IMG/VR virus record: IMGVR_UViG_3300011430_000004
Span: 1-48,897 of that record
Direction: 5' to 3' (one strand)
From: a virus
DNA: 48,897 bases
Position numbers and translations under genes: made by a program. This document shows, piece by piece, positions 41,766 through 48,897 of the stretch (position 1 is the stretch's first letter; every line of letters begins with the position of its first letter). The notes under the pieces are model-generated. The model ran no database searches, had not been told where the DNA came from, and saw only the letters and a list, made by a program, of their open reading frames with translations.

Positions 41766-43761
41766 CTACGCCACTTATGACCCCGCGTCGGTACTGAAAG
41801 GGGGGTATGAATTTGAGAAGAGAATTATTGAGGATCTCGGACGATTTACAACGCGTCAATTGCGCAGTCCCGTTGCCGGTTCGCCTAGTGGAAATTCAAC
41901 AGTGTTGGGATTTGACACTGAGTATTCAGCGACGGGTGAGTTACTTACAGTCGGCTTTGCAGACGCAAATCAATCAAGAGCTATTGAGACAAGTGGAAAG
42001 TGGCAAGCAGAAGCCAAGAAAATCCTCAAGTCGGCGCAAGTAATCTGCGGGCATTCTGTGGAGGGAGACCTTGATTACCTTGTCAAAAACAAACTCTGCT
42101 TGGAAAAGTGGTTACGAGGAAAGGATGTTTACGATTCTTTTCTCCTTGCTCGAATGGTGGATGAAAACCGGGGGCGTGGTGGATACAATCTACAGTCCCT
42201 CCTCTTATCCGAGTGTAACTTTTCGGAGTGGAAGTCTGAGACAGAAGCGCTTCTTAAAAAAACTAATAACGCGGCTGATTGGACGCCGGATCAAAGGACA
42301 GAGCGTTGTAGACTCGACGCTTGGGCTACCCGAATCCTTTGTGAACGATTCGCCCCACAAATCGACAAAGAGTTGTACTCGTTCACGGCCTCTATCGCAA
42401 TGTCCCTGCACCGCGTCGGCCTTGCAGGGGCAGCAATTAACCTTCGTCTTTTTCACAAGCTCGGACGGGGCTGGAAACAAGAAGCCGAGCGACTCCGACA
42501 AAAGATAACCCGCTATGCTCATTCTAAAGGAGTGTCCGAGTTTGTCCCCACTAAGGATGACCATCTGCGGGAAATTCTCTATAAGAAGCTTCACTATCCC
42601 GTATTGTCGAAAACTGAAAAGGGCGGGCTTCCTCAAGTTAATAAAGCAACTCTCCAAAAGATCATAGCGGACTGTGAAGGCAATCATGTTTTTATCAAAT
42701 ATCTTCTTGAATTTAACAAAGTCGATAAGCTTGCATCGACTTGGTATGGTTCAGAAATGGAAGGCCGTAAGAAATCGGTCGGAGAGCTTATTCAAAACAT
42801 ACCGGGAAGTCCCAATCTTGGCTTGCTGCACTTCTGGATATACTCTTTACGTGCTCGAACTGGCAGACGGGCGTCAGGTGGCGGTGAGGAGGGCGACCCT
42901 GAAAGTCGAAATTCTCAGAACTGGCCTCCTGCTGCGCGTAAAGTTGTCGTTTCACGATGGAAGAACGGGAAAATTGCTATTTGCGACTTCACAAGACTTG
43001 AAGTGGTGCTCATGGGTTGGAGAGCCGGTGATGAAAAGCTGCTTGACTATTTTCTTAATGGGTCTGGTTATATCGGGGTGGCTAAGGAGTTTTGGGGGCA
43101 GGATGTTAAGGAAGGGACTCCCTTATATAAGGGCACTAAGAGCTTAGTGTTAGGCTTAGACTATAACATGGGGTGGTATAAGCTCGCTCTTGATTTGTGG
43201 AACAAGGCCGGACTGCGGTTATCGGAGGATTGGAATGAGCATTGCGCGGAAACGAAAAGGGTCCGTAAACGCTACCTTGCGATGTTTTCGGGTCTGCGAA
43301 GGTATATCAGAGACAGAATTACAGAAGTCACTGACACGCAACAGGTCGTTTCTCCTAGCGGAAGGATACGTCATTTGTCCCACCACGGGCCGGACAGCGA
43401 AGGGTTCTGGCATATTCGAAACGCTGCGGTCAATCAACCTATTCAAAGCTTTGCGTCGGACGTTACAGGGGGTGCGGTAATTGATTATGAAGCTGCATTA
43501 TTACGTGAGCATAATCTTAGTTATCTTGACTGGCATCGGGCTCTTTCCAATACGCCTTGGGACCCTCCTTGTTCTCCTGTTTTTAACGAGGTACACGATG
43601 AGCTTGATTTGGATCTACACCCAAAAAGCGGGAAAAGAGACTTGGAAATATTGGTAGATTGCATGGAGAACGTGCGGTCACTCAAAAAGCTTGTGCCTGG
43701 ATTTGATCTTAAGCTTAAGGTTGACGTTAAGGTTCGAAAGGATTGGTGTGGGAATGGATAA
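41758..43761 (+). CDS. polA: family A DNA polymerase with 3'-5' exonuclease domain (C-terminal piece of a split UDG-like/PolA gene)
   Basis: Exo motifs GFDTEYS, GHSVEGDLDYL and CRLDAWAT. Pol motif A is ICDFTRLEVVLMGW, motif B region is KSLVLGLDYNMG, and motif C is VFNEVHDELDLD. The N-terminal KVYATYDPASVLKGG is the tail of a UDG fold. TTG start with GGAG 5 nt upstream. Confidence 0.9.
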   Translation: MKVYATYDPASVLKGGYEFEKRIIEDLGRFTTRQLRSPVAGSPSGNSTVLGFDTEYSATGELLTVGFADANQSRAIETSGKWQAEAKKILKSAQVICGHSVEGDLDYLVKNKLCLEKWLRGKDVYDSFLLARMVDENRGRGGYNLQSLLLSECNFSEWKSETEALLKKTNNAADWTPDQRTERCRLDAWATRILCERFAPQIDKELYSFTASIAMSLHRVGLAGAAINLRLFHKLGRGWKQEAERLRQKITRYAHSKGVSEFVPTKDDHLREILYKKLHYPVLSKTEKGGLPQVNKATLQKIIADCEGNHVFIKYLLEFNKVDKLASTWYGSEMEGRKKSVGELIQNIPGSPNLGLLHFWIYSLRARTGRRASGGGEEGDPESRNSQNWPPAARKVVVSRWKNGKIAICDFTRLEVVLMGWRAGDEKLLDYFLNGSGYIGVAKEFWGQDVKEGTPLYKGTKSLVLGLDYNMGWYKLALDLWNKAGLRLSEDWNEHCAETKRVRKRYLAMFSGLRRYIRDRITEVTDTQQVVSPSGRIRHLSHHGPDSEGFWHIRNAAVNQPIQSFASDVTGGAVIDYEAALLREHNLSYLDWHRALSNTPWDPPCSPVFNEVHDELDLDLHPKSGKRDLEILVDCMENVRSLKKLVPGFDLKLKVDVKVRKDWCGNG

Positions 43762-43918
43762 TAGACTGGAAGCTTATACCCTCGCGTTGCAAGATATACA
43801 GTATATCATGAAGCAATACGAACAGTATAAGCCTGAGGCGTGGGTAACTGTAAGGAAGATTGTCGCGGGGGCCTTACACCCGCATAAGATCAAGAAGGGA
43901 GATAAGCAAGATGCCTAG
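43754..43918 (+). CDS. hypothetical protein (54 aa)
   Basis: ATG 43754 overlaps the polymerase stop region. The ORF-track start at 43691 lies inside polA. Confidence 0.5.
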   Translation: MDNRLEAYTLALQDIQYIMKQYEQYKPEAWVTVRKIVAGALHPHKIKKGDKQDA

Positions 43919-44348
43919 AGGAAGTAGTAGGCCGTCAATGTTCATCGCATTTTCGGCCAAGGTCCGGGAAGGTAAATACGTTAAGGGTCCTTCGGTCGGA
44001 CTGTGGCCCCGCGATACAGGTCCGGAGGCCGGGGGCTCACTCAAGGGTGAATACCTGGAGCAACTGGTTGAGTTTCTAAACAAGGCTTGCGACAAGGGCA
44101 GCGACGTGTCCGTGGCGCTGTTCAAGGGTAGCAAGAAATTCGGCAAACGTCAGGATGAGGAAGACGAAGAGGGCGATGATGATGATGATGAGGAAGAGGA
44201 AGAGGAAAAGCCTTCCCGCAGTCGTCGCAGTAAAAAAGAAGACGAAGACGAAGAGGACGAGGACGAAAAGCCCCGTCGTGGCAGCAAAGGGAAAGCGGCT
44301 AGTAAAGGGAAAGGCAAGAAAAAAGACGATTGGGGATTTGACGATTAG
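43911..44348 (+). CDS. ssDNA-binding-protein-like protein with acidic C-terminal tail (145 aa)
   Basis: SD AAGGGAG upstream of ATG 43911. The long D/E/K low-complexity region ending DDWGFDD resembles the acidic protein-recruiting tails of phage SSBs. Replication-module context. Confidence 0.4.
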   Translation: MPRGSSRPSMFIAFSAKVREGKYVKGPSVGLWPRDTGPEAGGSLKGEYLEQLVEFLNKACDKGSDVSVALFKGSKKFGKRQDEEDEEGDDDDDEEEEEEKPSRSRRSKKEDEDEEDEDEKPRRGSKGKAASKGKGKKKDDWGFDD

Positions 44349-44485
44349 AATCACGGCCCCTCATTTTTGTGCCGGACTATCTGTTGAACGGGGGTTTGTT
44401 GTTGAGGCGGCCCCTGTTCTTCGGTGGTTCGAAGGGGCTCCGGTGTGTCTGGTTAAATTTATTTGCAAAAAAAGGAGATGGGAAT

Positions 44486-44917
44486 ATGAAGAGACGACTA
44501 CTTTCTAAAAAAGAAGTGACCCTAGACAATATCGAGAAAGAGGGAACCGAGATTGAGAATCTTCGTGGTTTGCGAAACATGTATGGACACGCCTGCGACA
44601 CTAGCGACGGGGGGTGTGTGGTGTATGTGCCGGACGTGTCGGTGGAGTTTTTGAAAGAGGAGGAGGCCGACGACAACGAAGCGGAGTCCGCGAAGAAGGA
44701 GAAGAAGGCCCCTACCCCCGCGTCGTTATCGTCTGCTGCTGCTGATTTATCAAATAATTACGAAGCCGTTTCGCTTCTGCCAATAGTGGCCGCTATGAAA
44801 AAGAATCATTATTGGGGCACTGTGGCCGGTATAGTTCAAGAAGAGGACGGAGAGGGTGGCACCTTAATTTTCATTCCCAATGTCACCCCGGTAGAGTTGG
44901 GATTGGAAGAAGAGTAG
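44486..44917 (+). CDS. hypothetical protein (143 aa)
   Basis: SD AAGGAG upstream of ATG 44486, preferred over the ORF-track start at 44369. Confidence 0.55.
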   Translation: MKRRLLSKKEVTLDNIEKEGTEIENLRGLRNMYGHACDTSDGGCVVYVPDVSVEFLKEEEADDNEAESAKKEKKAPTPASLSSAAADLSNNYEAVSLLPIVAAMKKNHYWGTVAGIVQEEDGEGGTLIFIPNVTPVELGLEEE

Positions 44918-44920
44918 AGC

Positions 44921-45649
44921 ATGCGGGTCACACGGTCAAAAAAAATGGAAGCGTGGGCTTTGAAGAAAATCAAAGCTCACCTTGAATCACGGCCAAGATC
45001 GGACAAGGGGTGGCATGTGTCCGATTTGCTCTATGCTCGTAAAACCTTCTGGCGGAAGCTGGACCCCAAGCCTATGACCGATGAAGAGGCTTTATATTTC
45101 GTTGCGGGCCACGGCCACCATAACATTCTTGAGGCGTGCCTTGGGAAGTACGAGAAGAACAACCGTAGCGATGCAGGTGAGTTTGAAAAGCACGGTATCT
45201 TTTTTTCACCGGATATGCGGATGAAGAACTTTACTCTTGAAATTAAGACTAGCAGGGCAAGGAAGATTACGGCGGATGTCCGCGAACCTATCGATGTTTA
45301 TGATGGCTATCTTAAGCAGGAGAATAGCTATCAGTCACTCATGAAGCAAGACCGGGGAGCACTGCTTGTGCTGTTTTTGAATGCAGTTAAGGATGAGGTT
45401 AAGGAGAGTTGGAAAACTCGCCCGCAGCTTCGGTGCTATAAGATTCTCATGGACGCAAAGGAGCGTAAAAAGCATTTAACGTGGCTCTTTTCAACAGCGA
45501 AGAGTCTCACTGAGGCTGTGAAGACAAAGAAGTGTGGTAAGCTTCCACTTTGCCCCATATGGCTCTGTAAGGATTGTGTGTGGTTCGCGAAGTGTAAGCC
45601 TTGGCTTATGGACCCCAAGCGAAAGAACCTACAAGAAGGGCGGGCATGA
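44921..45649 (+). CDS. PD-(D/E)XK nuclease (RecB/Cas4-like exonuclease) with C-terminal Cys cluster
   Basis: FFSPDMRMKNFTLEIKTS (D...E-x-K), the QENSYQSLM region, and a C-terminal CGKLPLCPIWLCKDCVWFAKC. Confidence 0.7.
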   Translation: MRVTRSKKMEAWALKKIKAHLESRPRSDKGWHVSDLLYARKTFWRKLDPKPMTDEEALYFVAGHGHHNILEACLGKYEKNNRSDAGEFEKHGIFFSPDMRMKNFTLEIKTSRARKITADVREPIDVYDGYLKQENSYQSLMKQDRGALLVLFLNAVKDEVKESWKTRPQLRCYKILMDAKERKKHLTWLFSTAKSLTEAVKTKKCGKLPLCPIWLCKDCVWFAKCKPWLMDPKRKNLQEGRA

Positions 45650-46776
45650 AAAAGATAAGGCTTGCCGAAGAACTTGAACAAAACTTGCTTCAAGCCGCTC
45701 GGTTGGGAGTAATCCCAATCGAAGACTTGGACCCCGAGGAGTTCAGCAAAAAAGCAAAGGCGGTTTACCTTGCAATCAATCATCTATTTAAAAAGCGCGT
45801 CCCCCCGCCACTTAAGGTTGAATCTATCCAACTTGCGGCTTCGTCTTTGTTGGGTATTCCGAAGGGCTCTGTTACGCGTTACCTTGCGGATATTAGCTCG
45901 ACTGATCCCGGCGCTGAGGTACGAACTATTCTTCGATCTGCCCGCGAAAAGTCGCTACTCGTATCTTTGCTTAACGAAGCTGGTTCGCAACTCGCAACAG
46001 GGGACCTTAGACTTTCTGATCTCGGACGTTTGATCGATAAAGGGGTGGGCAGTGGCGATCCCATTAAATCATTCTCAAGCCAAGTCGTTGATAAGTTTCC
46101 CGTGCCTCCTAAAGGCTTCTCCCTCGGTAGTCTCAAGAAGATTTCAGAAATTACTAACGGGCTGTTTGGTATATGGGTTATCGGGGGAGAGCCTGGCCTT
46201 GGCAAGTCTACCCTTTCATTTCAAATCGCGCTCGACGTTGCGAAGAACCACCCCGTTGCGTATTACGATCTTGACGGCACTGGCGAAGCCTATGTCCTCG
46301 ACCGAGCACGACAGATATTTCGAAACAATGTCAAAGATTTTAAGCGAAGCACTAACCAGTTTTACTTTCGTCCGTCTATCGTTTCGCTGGAAAGCGATCT
46401 AGCTTTCCTGAAGCCCCCGGCATTACTCGTGCTGGACAGCGTGCAGACGCTACCGACAAGCATTAAGTATAGCAAACAGTCTTTGGATGATTGGCTCAAA
46501 CGGTTTAAGGGTATCGCTCAAAAGGGGTTCGCTATCCTACTGGTTAGTGAGAAGGCACGGTCGGAATACGGAGAGGCGAACTTGAGTGGTTACAAGGGGT
46601 CCGGTGATATCGAGTACGCGGGAACAATGTGTGTGCAGCTTCTTGAAGATCCCGACGACAACGAGCTTGTTCAGTTTCACATAATGAAAAATCGTCACGG
46701 GCGAGATAAGGGACATATCACGAACCTTGAACGTGATGACAAACGAGTGTTTTGGTTTGAGGAGGTTGGAAAATGA
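45646..46776 (+). CDS. DnaB-like replicative helicase / RecA-fold ATPase (376 aa)
   Basis: Walker A is GGEPGLGKST and Walker B is LLVLDSVQ. It also has GSGDIEYAG and MKNRHG motifs. ATG 45646 overlaps the previous stop (ATGA). Confidence 0.8.
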   Translation: MKKIRLAEELEQNLLQAARLGVIPIEDLDPEEFSKKAKAVYLAINHLFKKRVPPPLKVESIQLAASSLLGIPKGSVTRYLADISSTDPGAEVRTILRSAREKSLLVSLLNEAGSQLATGDLRLSDLGRLIDKGVGSGDPIKSFSSQVVDKFPVPPKGFSLGSLKKISEITNGLFGIWVIGGEPGLGKSTLSFQIALDVAKNHPVAYYDLDGTGEAYVLDRARQIFRNNVKDFKRSTNQFYFRPSIVSLESDLAFLKPPALLVLDSVQTLPTSIKYSKQSLDDWLKRFKGIAQKGFAILLVSEKARSEYGEANLSGYKGSGDIEYAGTMCVQLLEDPDDNELVQFHIMKNRHGRDKGHITNLERDDKRVFWFEEVGK

Positions 46777-47024
46777 TTAACTTTAAACGGTCCGGTAAAA
46801 CGGTTGAAATTACGGTTGACCTTGAAGTGCCTGGGATGGGAATGCGGGTTTGGACGTTTAGTTGGAATGCCACCTCTGACGAGTATGCGGCTTTCCTTGC
46901 GGAAGACATGCGCTTAGCTATGTTTAAGAGGCTTAAAGTGATTCGTGAAAAGGCATATGAATATGGATGGAAAGACGTAAAGGCTAAAAACACTAAACGT
47001 ACTTGGTTTGAGGGGTGGTGGTAA
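46773..47024 (+). CDS. hypothetical protein (83 aa)
   Basis: ATGA overlap with the helicase stop. Confidence 0.6.
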   Translation: MINFKRSGKTVEITVDLEVPGMGMRVWTFSWNATSDEYAAFLAEDMRLAMFKRLKVIREKAYEYGWKDVKAKNTKRTWFEGWW

Positions 47025-47025
47025 G

Positions 47026-47415
47026 ATGAAGGAAATCAATTTCAAAACGTGGTTGACCTGGACGCTTCGGAAAGCGTCTTACCGCTGGCCTCCTCGGTTG
47101 CAAGCGTTAACGAATGCGCAGATTTCCAAGCCCGAGTTTAGCCGAAATCCGGGCGAGACAGTGACGCTTCGTGTGCGAAACTTTTACCGCTGCGCTCATT
47201 GTAAGCTCGGATTTTCTCGTAAGGGCGTGTCCATCGATCATATTGAGCCAGTTGTGGACCCTAAGAAAGGTTGGCAGGGGTGGGAAGAGTATGTGACTCG
47301 GATGTTCTGTCAGGTGGGCGGGTTTCAGATAATCTGTGGAAAGTGCCATGACAAAAAAACACTCAAAGAAACCAAAGTCAGAACGAAGAGTAAAGCTTCC
47401 CGACGCGCCGCCTAA
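47026..47415 (+). CDS. HNH endonuclease
   Basis: CAHCKLGF...SIDHIEPV...ICGKCHDKKT (Cys pairs plus H-N-H core). ATG 47026 lies after SD GAGGGG. Confidence 0.8.
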   Translation: MKEINFKTWLTWTLRKASYRWPPRLQALTNAQISKPEFSRNPGETVTLRVRNFYRCAHCKLGFSRKGVSIDHIEPVVDPKKGWQGWEEYVTRMFCQVGGFQIICGKCHDKKTLKETKVRTKSKASRRAA

Positions 47416-47590
47416 CGTGGCGCGGGATATCGTCACTGTGCTTCGGGCCTTCTCGAATCACATGCACGAACAGCTTAACTTTCCCCCGCACAAGGGGGAC
47501 AAAGATAAGGAGGAAAGGCTTATAGCCTTAAACTGTTGGCGGGCGCAACTTGAGAGTGTGTTGGAACAAAGAAGGGGAGAGAAGGAGTAA
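47336..47590 (+). CDS. hypothetical protein, start uncertain (ATG 47336, GTG 47417 or ATG 47462)
   Basis: The ORF overlaps the HNH gene by 80 nt if ATG 47336 is used. GTG 47417 would begin 2 nt after the HNH stop. Confidence 0.4.
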   Translation: MESAMTKKHSKKPKSERRVKLPDAPPNVARDIVTVLRAFSNHMHEQLNFPPHKGDKDKEERLIALNCWRAQLESVLEQRRGEKE

Positions 47591-47592
47591 TA

Positions 47593-48285
47593 GTGAAAAC
47601 TAAGCTACCATTAAGATTTGAAAGGATAACGTCGAAGAGGGTCCGCAACGACCAACTTCACGAAAACCCTTTACATGACCCAAAAGCGGACCGTGAAGAG
47701 GCTATCAAAGATCAAAAGGCTTTGGCGGATACCTTGGGTGTTTGGTCCGTGGGTTTCCTCGATATCGAGACAACCGGCCTAGGGGCGGACTTCGGGCATG
47801 TACTTTGCGCTTGCATTAAGCCGATGGTAAGCGCTGACATGATTACCCTCAGAATCGATGACTACAAGGGGTATAAAAAAGAACTGTGTAACGACAAGGC
47901 GCTTGTCCTAGCGATTAAAGAACAGATTGCTAAGTTCGACGTGCTTGTGCATTACAACGGCGATCAATTCGACTTGCCCTTTATCGACACTCGACTTGCG
48001 ATTCATGGTGAGAGACGTGCTCCGCTCGTACATTCGATTGACCTTCTTCCCATTGTCAAAAAGAAGTTGCGCCTTCACTCGAATCGGCTGGATACCGTTG
48101 CAACGGCTTTGGGGTTGGTCCATCAAAAAACAAAGCTCGATCCTCAAGTGTGGCAGCGAGCGTCCCACGGTAGCAAGGCGGATCTCGATTATATTGTGGA
48201 GCACTGTGAAGCGGACGTGTACGTTTTAGAAGAAACCTTTAAGCGGCTAAAGGACTACATTGACTCGATCTTTCGAAGACGTTAA
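47593..48285 (+). CDS. RNase H-fold DEDD 3'-5' exonuclease (YprB/PolB-exo-like)
   Basis: GFLDIETTGL (Exo I), HYNGDQFDLPFI (Exo II) and EHCEADVYVLEE (Exo III, H-x4-D). GTG start after SD GGAG. Confidence 0.75.
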   Translation: MKTKLPLRFERITSKRVRNDQLHENPLHDPKADREEAIKDQKALADTLGVWSVGFLDIETTGLGADFGHVLCACIKPMVSADMITLRIDDYKGYKKELCNDKALVLAIKEQIAKFDVLVHYNGDQFDLPFIDTRLAIHGERRAPLVHSIDLLPIVKKKLRLHSNRLDTVATALGLVHQKTKLDPQVWQRASHGSKADLDYIVEHCEADVYVLEETFKRLKDYIDSIFRRR

Positions 48286-48697
48286 GCGCCGACTGCTGGC
48301 GAGACGGGAAGTGGTGCAGGGTCCGGAGCCAACACGGTGTTGGCTTTGGACCGGATCTAAGCGGCATAAAGCAGCGGAGTATGGGGGAATTAGAATTGCA
48401 GGTAGGACTTGGATGGTGCATAGGGCTTCTTACCATGCGTGGCGTGGGCCTGTGCCGGACGGCTTAGAGCTAGATCATCGATGCTCCAATCAAGCTTGTT
48501 TTAATCCGGACCACCTTGAGCTAGTGACGCATCAAATCAACATGGCGCGGGCCAGAAGTAGTAATGCAGAAAAAACCCATTGCCCCAAAGGGCATCCTTA
48601 CGATTTCTGGCGAAAGTATCCGGACGGCAAGCTTAGGCGTGGGTGTCGGCGGTGTTGGACAGCCGCCACTCGACGGTCATTAGAAAGGAGAACATGA
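48260..48697 (+). CDS. HNH endonuclease (HNH_3 type)
   Basis: CWLWTG...YGGIRIAGRTWMVHRASY...LELDHRCSNQACFNPDHLELVTHQINM. TTG start, overlapping the previous gene by 26 nt. Confidence 0.8.
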   Translation: MTRSFEDVKRRLLARREVVQGPEPTRCWLWTGSKRHKAAEYGGIRIAGRTWMVHRASYHAWRGPVPDGLELDHRCSNQACFNPDHLELVTHQINMARARSSNAEKTHCPKGHPYDFWRKYPDGKLRRGCRRCWTAATRRSLERRT

Positions 48698-48897
48698 AAA
48701 AGGCATTACTGATTGGGAAGACAGGGGATATTACTGTTAGGGAGGTTGACGGGGAAAAATACGCTTTGTATATCCCGGTGCTTACTCCTGTAGAAAGGAG
48801 TTTGTCTCAAGATTGGGTAGCCCCTCTTTCAAGAAGGTTTGTTTATATGGCGTGTGTTGGGCCTTATATGGTTTACGAGGAGAGTTTGCCCCGATGA
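48694..48897 (+). CDS. hypothetical protein (67 aa); its 3' 123 nt are the terminal repeat
   Basis: SD AAAGGAG upstream. ATG 48694 overlaps the HNH stop (ATGA). The TGA stop at 48895..48897 equals 121..123. Confidence 0.55.
   Translation: MKKALLIGKTGDITVREVDGEKYALYIPVLTPVERSLSQDWVAPLSRRFVYMACVGPYMVYEESLPR
48775..48897. repeat. Terminal direct repeat, right copy (exact duplicate of 1..123)
   Basis: See the left copy. Identity was checked by reading both ends. Confidence 0.95.

Overview
The window is one complete, circularly closed genome of a tailed dsDNA phage. Bases 1..123 are repeated exactly at 48775..48897, so the unique length is 48,774 bp. Coding density is very high and genes lie in two arms. 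The minus-strand late arm runs 30416 down to 3257. It encodes a small-terminase-like HTH protein, large terminase, portal, a membrane-protein/holin/alpha-beta-hydrolase cluster, scaffold, an N4-gp56-like major capsid protein and a three-gene nonulosonic-acid (sialic-acid-like) sugar module. It continues with adaptor-like proteins, a GH24 lysozyme, two FN3 + cysteine-rich fibre paralogues, fibre-like proteins and three large internal-protein candidates. The plus-strand early arm runs from 31005, through the window junction, to 3255. It encodes a DUF932-like protein, many small ORFans, two XRE-type HTH proteins, a small serine recombinase and a tyrosine integrase whose ORF reads through a tRNA-Ser(GGA) 3' fragment (attP candidate). 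It also encodes a Toprim protein, a UDG-like/family A DNA polymerase cut by a 381-bp two-ORF cassette, an SSB-like protein, a PD-(D/E)XK nuclease, a DnaB-like helicase, two HNH endonucleases, a DEDD exonuclease and a dNMP-phosphatase/DUF1599-like/MazG-like nucleotide module. The arms diverge at a ~590-bp non-coding region (30417..31004) and converge on a shared hairpin at 3243..3265. I recognise no tape-measure, sheath or tail-tube gene, so a short-tailed, temperate phage is most likely. The host cannot be named from the sequence. No CRISPR array, rRNA or complete tRNA gene was found. All family assignments come from motifs read by eye and need HMM or structure confirmation. The findings most worth follow-up are the late-operon NeuB + cytidylyltransferase + methyltransferase-Maf module, the in-frame interruption of the polymerase gene, attP lying inside the integrase ORF, and the cysteine-rich fibre paralogues.
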